DNA of 64,000 nucleotides from Candidatus Nanopelagicales bacterium. Its GTDB lineage: Bacteria; Actinomycetota; Actinomycetes; S36-B12; GCA-2699445. Below the pieces are notes generated by a model that was not told the DNA's origin, searched no databases, and was given only the letters and a program-made list of their open reading frames with translations. Shown here one piece after another: positions 1 to 9,578 of the stretch. The DNA lies in assembly GCA_037045355.1 (NCBI GenBank), contig JBAOHO010000012.1, positions 239,071 to 303,070 on the forward strand, in the 5' to 3' direction. The translations under genes were made by a program, and so were the position numbers. Numbering within the stretch: the first letter of the stretch is position 1; each line of letters starts with the position of its first letter.

Positions 1-1148
1 GTGGGGCGATGATCGCCATGCGTAGCAGCCACTTCGATTGCGGAACGCGTCCCTTGCGGGCCGCCCACCAGCCGATGAGCGCAAACAGGGCGCCGAGCAT
101 TCCGAAGCCGATCATGAGGCGGAAACCCCAATAGGAGACCGGGATGTTCGGCGTGTAGGACTCGGGTGCCTGGCCGTACATCTCCTGCATCTGCGGCGTG
201 AATTCCTGTTGGTACTGCGCCTCGAGATTGTTGATGCCCTCGACGGTTCCGCTGAAGGATCCGGTGGCCAGGAACGAGCAGCGCACCGGGAATGTCGACG
301 CTGAAGATCGGTTGCGACCCGTCCAAAGTGCCGACGGTGAAGATGCTGAACGGAGCGGGAGTCGCGGTCTCGTACAGCGCCTCAGCGGCGGCCATCTTCA
401 TGGGCTGCTGCTGGACCATGATCTTCGCGTCCTGGTCACCGGACAGTCCGAGTGCGACGGCCGCGATGACGGCCACCAGAGCGCCGAGTTTCAGGGTGCT
501 GCGCGCCATGTCCGCGGACTTGTCCCGCATCAAGAGCCACAACGAGACGCCAGCCATGAGTGCACCGGCAGTAAGGAACGCTGCCGACACCGTGTGCAGC
601 CAGGCGATGATGGCGGTGTTCTGGAACAGGACCTCCGTAATGGACGTCATCTGCGCCCGGTTCTTCTCGGGGTTGAACTCGTAGCCGACCGGATGCTGCA
701 TGAAGGCGTTGGCGGCGAGGATCATGTAAGCGCTCAGCGCGGTCCCGATCGCGGCCAGCCAGATCGTCATCAGGTGGACCTTCTTCGGCAGCCGATCCCA
801 TCCGAAGATCCACAATCCAAGGAATGTCGACTCCAAGAAGAAGGTCAGCAACGCCTCGATCGCCAGTGGGGCACCGAAGATGTCTCCCACGAAACGGGAG
901 TAGTTGCTCCAGTTCATTCCGAACTGGAACTCCTGGACGATTCCCGTTACCACGCCCATCGCGAAGTTGATCAGGAACAACTTGCCGAAGAACTTCGTGG
1001 CCTTCAGCCACTTCTCGTTGCCCGTGCGCACCCACGCGGTCTGCAGCCCGGCGACGAGGAAAGACAAGCCGATGGTGATGGGGACGAAGAGGAAGTGGTA
1101 AACGGTCGTGATTCCGAACTGCCACCTGGCGATGTCGAGTGGATCCAC
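1..1148 (-). pseudogene. cydA: cytochrome bd ubiquinol oxidase subunit I, N-terminal ~380 codons (leaves window at position 1); frame broken near 276-280
   Basis: Own minus-strand translation from GTG 1148-1146 (aaggag upstream): VDPLDIARWQFGITTVYHFLFVPITIGLSFLVAG...QQQPMKMAAAEALYETATPAPFSIFTVG...FSVDIPGAL. It then continues in another frame as SFLATGSFSGTVEGINNLEAQYQQEF...YWGFRLMIGFGMLG. Absent from the ORF track because it runs off the edge. Confidence 0.85.
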
Positions 1149-1322
1149 AGGAACTCCTTGAGTTGCCGATGCCTTCGATCATGCCAATCCGCGCATTTCG
1201 GCGCCCCTGACATCGAGCTGCTCCTGCGGGATCCGCGCGAAAGTCGGGACCAAGGTCCCGGTTTAGTTCTCATCCGACGGCATTTCTGCTGCGGATTCCG
1301 AAGCAGTGGAGCGTGGGTGCGC

Positions 1323-1700
1323 TCAGGTCCCGGATGCCCGCGACAGCAGGTTGGCGAGCAGGCTCTCGGCTGAGTTCGGGTCGATCTGACGGGGATCGAA
1401 ACTGAAGTCGTGTTCGGTGCGCAGGTGATAGAACGCGCGCAACTCGGTCGATTCGATGACCTCGTCGATCCGGGCATGGCGCACGGCTTCCTGCTCGCTG
1501 ACCCCGGCAGCCAGGTCGGCGAGAGCTGCGGCGTCGATGTCCAGGAATCCGACGGACAGGATCTCGCGGTCATCCGTCAGTGAGAGCGCGTTGAAGACGC
1601 GGGCCGGAACCCCGAATCCCTGGTCGGCCTCCCACGCAGCGATGAAGTCGTCGAATGATGCGCCTTCTTTCAAACGTCGCCTGAACACGGCTACCAGCAT
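1323..1700 (-). CDS. small conserved hypothetical protein (125 aa), possibly a dimeric alpha/beta-barrel fold
   Basis: Internal ATG 1700 of ORF 1323..2141, preceded by aggagg. The product MLVAVFRRRLKEGASFDDFIAAWEADQGFG... looks protein-like, whereas the upstream 147 aa of the ORF is Arg/Pro-rich noise. Confidence 0.55.
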   Translation of the reverse strand: MLVAVFRRRLKEGASFDDFIAAWEADQGFGVPARVFNALSLTDDREILSVGFLDIDAAALADLAAGVSEQEAVRHARIDEVIESTELRAFYHLRTEHDFSFDPRQIDPNSAESLLANLLSRASGT

Positions 1701-1983
1701 CGTTACCTCCTGGCGCTCCTCGGGTTCCCGCCGCTCGGGTGCGGGTCCTGTCGCTCCCAGGGTCCCTGAACCGCTGGGACCTGACTGCATCCTGACCGCC
1801 AGCCGCGACTGATTCCTGCCGAGCCGCCCTGTCTGAGGGCGGAGCAGTCCTTCCTGAGGGCCGAGCAGCCTCTGAATGACGGTCGAGGAGTCCCTGCCTT
1901 GGGGCGGAGGAGTCCGCCTCCGGCGTTCTCGCCAACCGCTGCTTTTCGCTCCTGGGCTGCCGCGTGTGGAGCATGATGCAGTC

Positions 1984-3216
1984 ATGAAGATCATGACGCG
2001 GGTGATCCCTTGGCTGCTCCTCGTCGCCGGTGTCGCTGTCATCGTGTTCGCCGGTGTCTCCGGGGTGCGCTCTTTCGTCTCAGCGCTCCAGCCGGCCGCC
2101 GAATGGAACTCGCCGGGCACCCAGACGGTGACTCTCGACAAGGGGACGTGGGTCGTCTATCAGGCGGGTGCCATCTCCCCGCGCACCGGGCGTTCGCAAG
2201 AGTGGACGATCGACTGGCAGGACATCACGGTCACCGGACCGTCCGGTCCGGTCGCCACCAGTTGTGTCTACTGTTCCGGCTCGGAGACGCTCGGGGTGGG
2301 CGCAGTGACGTACCGAGGAGTCGTCCGTTTCGCGGCCGAGACTGCGGGTGACTACTCGATCACGACCGAGACCAGCGGCTCCCGCCTGGCCGTCGCCCAG
2401 TCGGCGTTCCGCACTGTGAGCGACACGTTCTCCGCGCTCATGTGGATGGGGGTGGGCGGCCTCTTGATCGCCGCGGGGATGGTGTGGCTCGTCGTCCTGT
2501 TGGTCCAGTACCTGTCGCGTCCCAAAGGCCCCCGCCCCGCGGACGGCCAAGCGGTACCGACCGGCGGCGCATATCCCGCACCCCCGCCGATGGACCCACG
2601 GTTCGCACCACCCACGCCGGTGGGACAACAGGCCTTAGGCGCAGGTACCCCAACCCGGATACCCGCCGCCCGCCGGGCAGCAGCCGACCATTCCATCCGA
2701 GCAATTCCCCAACCCCACCCGGCAATTCCCCAACCCCACCCGGCAATTCCCCAACCCCACCCGGGAGCACCGGACTACCGTCCGAGGGCGCCGTGCCCCC
2801 ATCCGATCCCACGGCTTCATCGCCCACCCCTGGCCCCGGCAGTGCGCCCGATTCGCCTCCCCCCGGCAATCGAAGTTCCTGACGGCGAATCAGAGCAGTT
2901 CGTCGGCAGCCACGGGGGACGAGTCCCGCAGGAAGTCCGCGCACCTTTGCGCTTCGGCGGTTTCGCCGATAGCGGCAGCCGCGAGACTCAGTTCGGCGAG
3001 GCAGAGAAGGAATCCCCGATTCGGTTCGTGCTCCCACGGGATCGGCCCATGGCCCCGCCAGCCGTTGCGGCGCAAGGCGTCGAGACCGCGGTGGTAGCCG
3101 ACCCGCGCGAAGGCGTACCACTCCAGCGACGCATCCGTTTCGCGAGCGGCCGCCGCCAGTGCCGCCCAAGCGGCACCCGATTCAGGATGAAGTCGCGCTG
3201 CGTCAGTGGCCGGTAG
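1984..3216 (+). CDS. membrane-anchored protein with Pro-rich C-terminal tail; 3' end unresolved (last ~330 nt is probably antisense shadow of 2890..3300)
   Basis: ATG 1984 gives MKIMTRVIPWLLLVAGVAVIVFAG (TM). A second TM, MWMGVGGLLIAAGMVWLVVLLV, is followed by a Pro-rich tail. Rare codons (tta, ata) appear in this frame after ~2625. An alternative frame stops at 2882, just before the convergent gene. Confidence 0.5.
   Translation: MKIMTRVIPWLLLVAGVAVIVFAGVSGVRSFVSALQPAAEWNSPGTQTVTLDKGTWVVYQAGAISPRTGRSQEWTIDWQDITVTGPSGPVATSCVYCSGSETLGVGAVTYRGVVRFAAETAGDYSITTETSGSRLAVAQSAFRTVSDTFSALMWMGVGGLLIAAGMVWLVVLLVQYLSRPKGPRPADGQAVPTGGAYPAPPPMDPRFAPPTPVGQQALGAGTPTRIPAARRAAADHSIRAIPQPHPAIPQPHPAIPQPHPGAPDYRPRAPCPHPIPRLHRPPLAPAVRPIRLPPAIEVPDGESEQFVGSHGGRVPQEVRAPLRFGGFADSGSRETQFGEAEKESPIRFVLPRDRPMAPPAVAAQGVETAVVADPREGVPLQRRIRFASGRRQCRPSGTRFRMKSRCVSGR
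2701..2763 (+). repeat. 3 x 21-bp perfect tandem repeat (gcaattccccaaccccacccg) in the Pro-rich tail region
   Basis: Read directly. It encodes AIPQPHP, QFPNPTR or NSPTPPG depending on frame. Confidence 0.95.
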
Positions 3217-3300
3217 ACCCTGAGCCAGCTCATCGGTCGCCGGGTCAGGGGGGAGCAAGGTCGGTTCTGGGCCACCGAGCAGGTCGGGATGATTCGTCAT
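2890..3300 (-). CDS. conserved actinobacterial protein, DUF3151-like
   Basis: 136-aa ORF MTNHPDLLGGPEPTLLPPDP...WYAFARVGYHRGLDALRRNGWRGHGPIPWEHEPNRGFLLCLAEL. The family assignment is from memory of this motif pattern. Confidence 0.65.
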   Translation of the reverse strand: MTNHPDLLGGPEPTLLPPDPATDELAQGLPATDAARLHPESGAAWAALAAAARETDASLEWYAFARVGYHRGLDALRRNGWRGHGPIPWEHEPNRGFLLCLAELSLAAAAIGETAEAQRCADFLRDSSPVAADELL

Positions 3301-3319
3301 GCCGACATGATGCCGCGGG

Positions 3320-4619
3320 TCAGCCGCCGCCGATGGATTCGAAGAGCTTCAGTGCCCGGGGAGTGTCCCACTTGACGGCCTGTTGCCCGTTTACCCAATA
3401 CGAATCCGACTCGATAGGCACAGCGGTCTGTTCGCCGAGCCCAGCGGAGATGAGCGCCATCGCGAAAGCCATTCGACCGTCCGCCACGACACCGGTGCCA
3501 TCGTCCACGGTCAGTGAAGACGCAGCCGCCCGGTCGACAGAGAACATCTTGAAAGGATTGAGGAAGGTGAGCGGGTTGGCGGTCTTGGCGGCGACCGCCT
3601 TGACGTACTCTTGCTGGCGCTCCGCGCGCCCGATGTCCCCCTTGGGGTCGGCGTACCGCATCCGGACATAGGCCAGAGCCGTCGGGCCGTCCATGACCTG
3701 GCAGCCCTTCTTCACGTCCAGTCCGGAGTTCTCGTCGTCGTAGTTGGCTGCGGGGCACATGGTCACGCCGCCCAGGGAGTCGGCGATGTCAGCCACCCCG
3801 AGCATGCCGATCTCGACATAGTGGTCGATGTGGACTCCGGTGGTGTTCTCGACGGTCTGGATCAGCAGTTGGGGACCGCCGAGGGCGTAGGCGGAGTTGA
3901 TCTTGCCCTCACCGTTGCCGGGTATCGGAACCCACGAGTCCCGCGGGATCGAGATGAGCGTGGGCGTGCCCAGGTTGGGGACGTGCAGCAGCATGATGGT
4001 GTCGGTGCGTTGACCGTCCGTGCTGCCGGTGTGAAGTTGCCGCTGTTGCTGCTTGGTGAGTTCCTCGCGGCCGTCGGACCCCACCAATAGGTAGTTGGAT
4101 CCCGCGGTATCCGCGATCTGGTCTGCGGGCATCGCGTTGATCTTGTTGACGTTCAACGCGAAGAAACCGACCAGGGCCACCACGTATACGAGTAGCGCGA
4201 CCAGAACGTAGAGCAGGATGCGCTTCGCTCGGCTGCGTCCGGATCGAGGCGGCCGCGCCGGACCACCGGGAGGGTCGAGCCGGACGGGTGGTAGGTGGCA
4301 CCCGACCCGGGGGTGTGGGCGGAGGCAGCACGGCGGTTGCCCCGGGATCAGGTCGCGGAGTCGGCGCTGTCACTGCGTGTGGATCGGGAGTTGATCCGTG
4401 CTGCACGGACGCGCGGGAGGACGGCGGGGGTGGTGTGTGGGGCGGGGTTTGCGGCGGCGGTGGGTCGCGGAACAGATCCGAGAAGTCCGAGAGCGCGGTG
4501 TCGCTGACCGTGTCATGGCGGGCCACCTGGCCCGCGCCCGGCGCCTGAGGGGTCGCTTCCGGACGCATGAATTGCTCGTACTCGGGCGGAACCGCGTTGG
4601 GGCGATCCGGCTCATTCAT
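3320..4619 (-). pseudogene. LytR-CpsA-Psr (LCP) family cell-wall glycopolymer ligase; N-terminal tail and TM/LCP domain lie in different frames
   Basis: ORF 3320..4183 has the LCP core (NYLLVGSDGRE...RTDTIMLLHVP...LISIPRDSWVPIPG...KINSAYALGGP). Its first canonical start (GTG 4183) falls inside the TM helix RILLYVLVALLVYVVALVGFF. That frame is closed by TGA 4372-4370. The Pro-rich cytoplasmic N-terminus MNEPDRPNAVPPEYEQF... (ATG 4619) is in another frame. Confidence 0.75.
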
Positions 4620-4883
4620 GGGTCAAGTGTGCCCCGGACCCCCGTCCCAAACACCCGTCCGCTCGACCGTGACCCGCTTGATACCTGGTGCCTGGGGCAG
4701 ACCGAGGACTCGGACAGGGGTGTCGTTGGAGCGTGCGGGCTCCTCAATCGCACCGGGGATGTTCGTTGGCGAGGGGATCGGCGGCCTAGTGGTGGTGTCA
4801 GTGAGATCACTGTCGGATCACGATTGCGCTGCATTCGAGTGACGGCGCTACGGAAGCCAGGGCCCCGCAGCCGATGCTCAAGC

Positions 4884-6515
4884 ATGGGGTTGTGGTCGTC
4901 GGGCGGGGTCTGTGTGTCCGCGGCATTGTCGGCTGCCCTGATCTTGGTATCGGCTGTTGGTCCTGCCAGCGCCGAAACCGCCTCCCCGTTCGAACCAGCC
5001 GTCACACAATCGGCAGTTGCTGCTCCTCTCGCGTCGGGGGAAGTTCCCGCTGCGCCGAGCGAGGTCCTCGCCGTGCCGAGCGAGGTCCTGGCCGTGCCTG
5101 GGGAGGTTCCCGCCGTGCCGGGGGAGAGGGGGGGTGAACCGTCCCCGAGCGCCCTCGATGAGGTTGCCGCTGGCGTTGCAGGCGGAGAGAAGATGCGACT
5201 GGTCGTCGTTCGGGCAGGTGCAGACGGTCCGGAGGTGACGACGCAACGGGTGGCCGACACGAACGACGCCCGGGGCATCGTCGCGGAGTTGGACGCTGAC
5301 GCGAATCTGCTGGCGGTCGGCGTCGATCAGCGCGTGCACACCGTCGGGACGACCGACCCGATGCGCGCCGACCAATGGGGTCTGACGGCGCTGGACGTCG
5401 AGACAGCGTGGCCGCTGGCGACCGGACGGGGCGTCACAGTCGCGGTTCTGGATTCCGGCGTGGACGCAAGCCACCCAGATCTCGCCGGGGCCCTGGTCCC
5501 CGGAACCAGCACTCGCGGCGGAGACCGATCAGCGCCCGACACCGACCCGAACGGCCATGGCACCCACGTGGCCGGGGTCATCGCCGCCCGAGCGAACAAC
5601 GGGCTGGGGGTGGCAGGAGTCGCCCCCGAGGCATCGATCATGCCGGTGAAAGTATTGGGCAGCGATGGCAGCGGCTGGCTGAGCGACGTCACCGAAGGCA
5701 TCGTCTGGGCCACCGATCACGGTGCCACTGTGATCAACCTCAGCCTGGGTGGCCCGGACGCAAGCGTCATGGCGCCGGCCGTGGAATATGCGCAGCGGCG
5801 TGGTGTCACAGTGGTTGCGGCAGCCGGCAACGACGCCAGCGCCGAGGCCTCGTACCCCGCGGCTCTGCCCGGCGTGGTGTCGGTGGCCGCCATCGGACAA
5901 CGCCTGGATCCGGCGCCGTTCTCCAACCGTGGTGAGACCATCGACTTCGCCGCTCCGGGTTCCGGGGTCCTGTCCACTGTCCCCGGTGGCTACGAGTCGA
6001 TGAGTGGCACGTCCATGGCCGCCCCCCACGTCTCCGGGGTCGTGGCGCTGGTCCGCTCCATCGCGCCTGGGGTGGATCCGGTCGCGATGCTGCAGGCAGG
6101 TGCTACTGATCTCGGTGCGCCGGGGCGTGACGACCGCTACGGCGACGGCGCGATCAACGCCGCCCGGTCGGTGGCGTCAGCGTGCCCCACATGCTCCGCC
6201 CCAGCTGATCCGGAGTCGGTGCCGCAGCGGGACGCCCCGGCGACCCCCGCCACGAAGAAGCAGTCGTTGAACAACAGCGTGAAACGCCTGCGCGTCGGCC
6301 GCACCGCCCTGCTTCCCAACCGGACTGATCAAGGACTGCCGATCCGGTCCTGGGACAACGTGACCCCCAGAACCTGTCGGTTGCTGCGGCGCGACGACGC
6401 GTTCAGAATCCGTGGACTCCATAGCGGGCGCTGCCGACTCAAGGTGACCGCCGCCGCCGGCTCCGGGTACAGCCCGTTCACGAGCGTGCTGTCGGTGCGG
6501 GTCACGGCCGCCTGA
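4884..6515 (+). CDS. secreted S8 family (subtilisin-like) serine peptidase
   Basis: Asp/His/Ser triad motifs VAVLDSGVD, HGTHVAGVIAA and GTSMAAPHVSG. The signal-like N-terminus MGLWSSGGVCVSAALSAALILVSAVGPASA starts at in-frame ATG 4884 of ORF 4398..6515. Confidence 0.88.
   Translation: MGLWSSGGVCVSAALSAALILVSAVGPASAETASPFEPAVTQSAVAAPLASGEVPAAPSEVLAVPSEVLAVPGEVPAVPGERGGEPSPSALDEVAAGVAGGEKMRLVVVRAGADGPEVTTQRVADTNDARGIVAELDADANLLAVGVDQRVHTVGTTDPMRADQWGLTALDVETAWPLATGRGVTVAVLDSGVDASHPDLAGALVPGTSTRGGDRSAPDTDPNGHGTHVAGVIAARANNGLGVAGVAPEASIMPVKVLGSDGSGWLSDVTEGIVWATDHGATVINLSLGGPDASVMAPAVEYAQRRGVTVVAAAGNDASAEASYPAALPGVVSVAAIGQRLDPAPFSNRGETIDFAAPGSGVLSTVPGGYESMSGTSMAAPHVSGVVALVRSIAPGVDPVAMLQAGATDLGAPGRDDRYGDGAINAARSVASACPTCSAPADPESVPQRDAPATPATKKQSLNNSVKRLRVGRTALLPNRTDQGLPIRSWDNVTPRTCRLLRRDDAFRIRGLHSGRCRLKVTAAAGSGYSPFTSVLSVRVTAA
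5040..5123 (+). repeat. 4 x 21-bp imperfect in-frame repeat (EVPAAPS/EVLAVPS/EVLAVPG/EVPAVPG) in the S8 propeptide region
   Basis: Read directly from the sequence. Confidence 0.85.
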
Positions 6516-6563
6516 TCACTGGTCGTATACGCTCCCAGAAACCCCGAGGGGCTGGGAGGCCGC

Positions 6564-7139
6564 ATGCTGTTGTCGGATCGGGACATCCGCGCCGAGGTGG
6601 CCGATGGCCGAGTCGCGATCGACCCCTTCAGCGAGGACATGATCCAGCCCTCCAGTGTCGATGTCCGGCTCGACAAGTACTTCCGGGTGTTCGAGAACCA
6701 CCGGTATCCCCACATCGATCCGGCAGAGGAACAGCCCGACCTGACCCGGCTCGTCGAAGCGGAAGCGGAAGAGCCCTTCATCCTGCATCCGGGCGAGTTT
6801 GTGCTCGCCTCGACGCTGGAAGTGGTCACCCTCCCCGACGATGTGGCAGGCCGGCTGGAGGGCAAGTCGAGTCTTGGCAGACTCGGCCTTCTGACCCATT
6901 CGACCGCAGGGTTCATCGACCCCGGTTTCAGTGGACACGTGACGCTCGAACTGTCGAATGTCGCCACCCTGCCGATCAAACTGTGGCCCGGAATGAAGAT
7001 CGGGCAACTGTGCCTGTTCCGCTTGTCGTCTCCCGCTGATCACCCGTATGGCTCACAGAGGTACGGATCGCGGTATCAGGGTCAACGTGGCCCGACACCC
7101 AGCCGTTCCCATCTGAATTTCCATCGCACGCCGGTCTGA
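6564..7139 (+). CDS. dcd: dCTP deaminase
   Basis: 191 aa: [12 protein letters not shown]...[11 protein letters not shown]...[35 protein letters not shown]...[14 protein letters not shown]. This is a typical Dcd sequence. Confidence 0.93.
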   Translation: MLLSDRDIRAEVADGRVAIDPFSEDMIQPSSVDVRLDKYFRVFENHRYPHIDPAEEQPDLTRLVEAEAEEPFILHPGEFVLASTLEVVTLPDDVAGRLEGKSSLGRLGLLTHSTAGFIDPGFSGHVTLELSNVATLPIKLWPGMKIGQLCLFRLSSPADHPYGSQRYGSRYQGQRGPTPSRSHLNFHRTPV

Positions 7140-7281
7140 TCTGACGGCCGACACGACCGTCGGGCGCCTGTGCCCGGCACTGTCGCGGTACTACGATCGT
7201 GGAATCCGCCGTCCCGGCCTGGGTCGTTGTGGATGCGTAAGGATTCGGCGCCCGGCTGGTCCCAGATGCGAAGGAAGCCCC

Positions 7282-8268
7282 ATGAGCGACAGCGCCCCCC
7301 CTCCCGGCCCCCCGCCGCCCCCCGGCGGCGGCACACCTCCACCTCCCCCCGGCGGTGGGACCCCTCCTCCGCCTCCCGGCGGCGGGACACCTCCTCCGCC
7401 TCCCGGCGGTGGGACCCCTCCTCCGCCGCCCGGCGGCGGCACACCCCCACCTCCTCCGGGGGCCACTCCTCCTCCGCCCCCTTCGGGTTTCGGCGGCGGA
7501 GCCGCCCCCCCGCCCCCACCCGGTGGCGGTCAGCCCGGCGGGTTCCAAGCGGAAGCCAGTCGCTACTCCGTCAGTGACGCGTTCAACTACGGCTGGAAGA
7601 AGTTCCAGGAGAATCTCGGACCCTGGATCCTCGGACTGTTGATCCTGGGCTTGATCGTCATCGCGATCCAGTTCGTCTACCAGACGGTGATCGCTCGCCT
7701 GATCATCGGATCGACCGAGGCCACGATCGATCCGGTCACCGGTGAACTCGTGTTCACCAACAGCGGCTTCATCCCAGGGGGCTTCTTCGGCAGCCTCCTC
7801 GCCACGTTGGTGCTGATGATCCCCATCATCATTCTCGGCGTCATCGTCTCCGCGCAGTTCGTGCGTGGTGGCCTGGCGACGGCGACGGAGGGCAAGATCT
7901 CCCTCGGCAAGTTCTTCGAGATGCGCCTGATCGGCACCATCATCGTGGCGGGCCTGATCGTCGCCGTTCTCACGGCGGTGGGCGTTCTCGCCTGCTACAT
8001 CGGGGCGATCATCGTCTCGTTCTTCGTCCAGTTCTACGCGTACTACGTGCTCGATCGGGACGAGTCGGCCTGGCAGGCGGTGAAGTCGAGTTTCTCGTTC
8101 GTCAACCAGAACCTCGCGAACATCATCGTGCTGTTCCTGGCGAGCATGCTGGCGGTTCTCATCGGCGCGCTGCTGTGTGGCATCGGGCTGCTGGTGGCGT
8201 ACCCGGTTGTTCTCATCGCTCACGCCTACACCTTCCGCGTGCTGAACAACGAGCCCGTGGCGGCGTAG
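7282..8268 (+). CDS. polytopic membrane protein with Pro/Gly-rich repeat N-terminus (paralog 1)
   Basis: ATG 7282 follows gaagga. Five PGGGTPPPP repeats precede a ~210-aa multi-TM domain, YSVSDAFNYGWKKFQENLGPWIL...AHAYTFRVLNNEPVAA. Confidence 0.8.
   Translation: MSDSAPPPGPPPPPGGGTPPPPPGGGTPPPPPGGGTPPPPPGGGTPPPPPGGGTPPPPPGATPPPPPSGFGGGAAPPPPPGGGQPGGFQAEASRYSVSDAFNYGWKKFQENLGPWILGLLILGLIVIAIQFVYQTVIARLIIGSTEATIDPVTGELVFTNSGFIPGGFFGSLLATLVLMIPIIILGVIVSAQFVRGGLATATEGKISLGKFFEMRLIGTIIVAGLIVAVLTAVGVLACYIGAIIVSFFVQFYAYYVLDRDESAWQAVKSSFSFVNQNLANIIVLFLASMLAVLIGALLCGIGLLVAYPVVLIAHAYTFRVLNNEPVAA
7321..7455 (+). repeat. 5 x 27-bp in-frame tandem repeat encoding PGGGTPPPP
   Basis: Read directly. Copies differ mainly at synonymous positions. 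Confidence 0.9.
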
Positions 8269-8334
8269 GCAGGTAACCGCGACGGGCTCGTGCTGCAAGC
8301 AGGCGCAACCGTCGCGGATAGTCGGCCAGTAGCG

Positions 8335-8372
8335 ACAGCCCCCGGAGCGTGGTCTCCGGGGGCTGTTCGCTG
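8335..8372 (+). terminator. GC-rich hairpin terminator after paralog 1
   Basis: ACAGCCCCCGGAG / loop cgtggt / CTCCGGGGGCTGT (13-bp perfect stem), followed by a T-containing tail tcgctgttcg. Confidence 0.55.
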
Positions 8373-8465
8373 TTCGACACTTCACATCACGGTGATGGGT
8401 CCACGGATTCCGCAGAGTTCACTGCTACGTTCGACAGGTCCGAGAACTCATCCTGTTGGAGCGAT

Positions 8466-9443
8466 ATGAGCGACAGCACCCCTCCCCCCGGCCCCCCACC
8501 TCCTCCCGGCGGCGGTACCCCACCTCCCCCGCCATCCGGTGGAACTCCGCCTCCTCCCCCCGGCGGTGGTATCCCACCAACTCCGCCCCCTCCTCCCGGC
8601 GGCACTCCTCCTCCCGGCGGGGCAGCACCGCCTCCACCGCCCTCAGGGTTCGGAGGTGGGGCCCCGCCGCCTCCGCCTGCCGGCGGCCATCCCGGCGGGT
8701 TCCAGCCTGAGACGAGCCGATACTCCGTCAGTGACGCGTTCAACTACGGCTGGACGAAGTTCCAGCAGAACCTGGGTCCGTGGATCCTCGCGTGCTTGAT
8801 CGCACTGGTGGTGCCCGTCGTGCTCAGCATCGTGTACTTCGTATTGCTGATCCCGATCGTTTCGGCCAACACCGTTCCGATCGAGACCCAGTCCGGGACG
8901 ATCACGTACACGACAAACACGGCAGGCGGCATCGGCCTGACGATCATCACGCTGCTGTTCGCTGTGGCCTTCGCACTACTGGGGTGGATCATCACGGCTC
9001 AGTTCGTTCGCGGTGCCCTGGCGAATGTGACGAACGGAAAGATCGAACTCGGCATCTTCTTCAAGTGGCAGTTCATCGGTGTGATCATCCTGGCGTCACT
9101 GATTCTCGCCGTGATCCAGCTGGTGCTGGGGATCATTGGGATCGTTCCCATCATCGGATGGATCGTTCAGTTCATCGGATCGATCATCGTGGCGTTCTTC
9201 GCGCAGTTCTACGCGTACTTCGTGTTGGATCGCCAGCAGCGCGCCTGGGAATCGATCAAGTCGAGCTTCGCCTTTGTGAACCAGAACTTGGCGAACATCA
9301 TCATCTTGTTCCTCGCGAGCATGGTGGCGCTGTTCATCGGGGCGATCCTGTGTGGCATCGGACTGTTCGTGGCCATCCCGGTCACGATCATCGCCCACGC
9401 CTACACGTTCCGGGTACTGAACCGCGAGCCCGTAGCGGCCTGA
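8466..9443 (+). CDS. polytopic membrane protein with Pro/Gly-rich N-terminus (paralog 2)
   Basis: In-frame ATG 8466 (MSDSTPPPGPPPPPGGGTPPPPP...) of ORF 8349..9443. The membrane domain closely parallels 7282..8268 (YSVSDAFNYGWTKFQQNLGPWIL...AHAYTFRVLNREPVAA). Confidence 0.8.
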   Translation: MSDSTPPPGPPPPPGGGTPPPPPSGGTPPPPPGGGIPPTPPPPPGGTPPPGGAAPPPPPSGFGGGAPPPPPAGGHPGGFQPETSRYSVSDAFNYGWTKFQQNLGPWILACLIALVVPVVLSIVYFVLLIPIVSANTVPIETQSGTITYTTNTAGGIGLTIITLLFAVAFALLGWIITAQFVRGALANVTNGKIELGIFFKWQFIGVIILASLILAVIQLVLGIIGIVPIIGWIVQFIGSIIVAFFAQFYAYFVLDRQQRAWESIKSSFAFVNQNLANIIILFLASMVALFIGAILCGIGLFVAIPVTIIAHAYTFRVLNREPVAA

Positions 9444-9454
9444 GAGCGATCACC

Positions 9455-9497
9455 GAGGTGTGGCCCCCAGCGTTCGGCTGGGGGCCACACCTCTTTC
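9455..9497 (+). terminator. rho-independent-type terminator after paralog 2
   Basis: GAGGTGTGGCCCCCA / loop gcgttcggc / TGGGGGCCACACCTC (15-bp perfect stem), followed by tttcc. Confidence 0.65.
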
Positions 9498-9575
9498 CGG
9501 CGATCCTCCCGCGATTCTCCGGCGATCCTTCCGCGATTCTCCGGCGATCGGGCTCCGGCGATCGTTCGGTCGGGC
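9497..9575. repeat. intergenic tandem repeat, ~22-bp unit ccggcGATCct(c/t)ccgcgattct, 2 full plus 2 truncated copies, one GATC per copy
   Basis: Read directly. GATC at 9502, 9524, 9546 and 9560. Confidence 0.9.
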
Positions 9576-9578
9576 GCT

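Noticed and set aside
198-1373. 391-aa plus-strand ORF, with ORF 436..1182 on the minus strand
   Set aside because: Arg/Gly/His-rich nonsense-like translations lying over the clearly recognisable cydA frame. These are shadow ORFs typical of high-GC DNA.
6976-8385. 469-aa minus-strand ORF
   Set aside because: It is antisense to dcd and the Pro-rich membrane gene. The product is Arg/Gly/Asp low-complexity. The plus-strand genes have clear motifs and an RBS.
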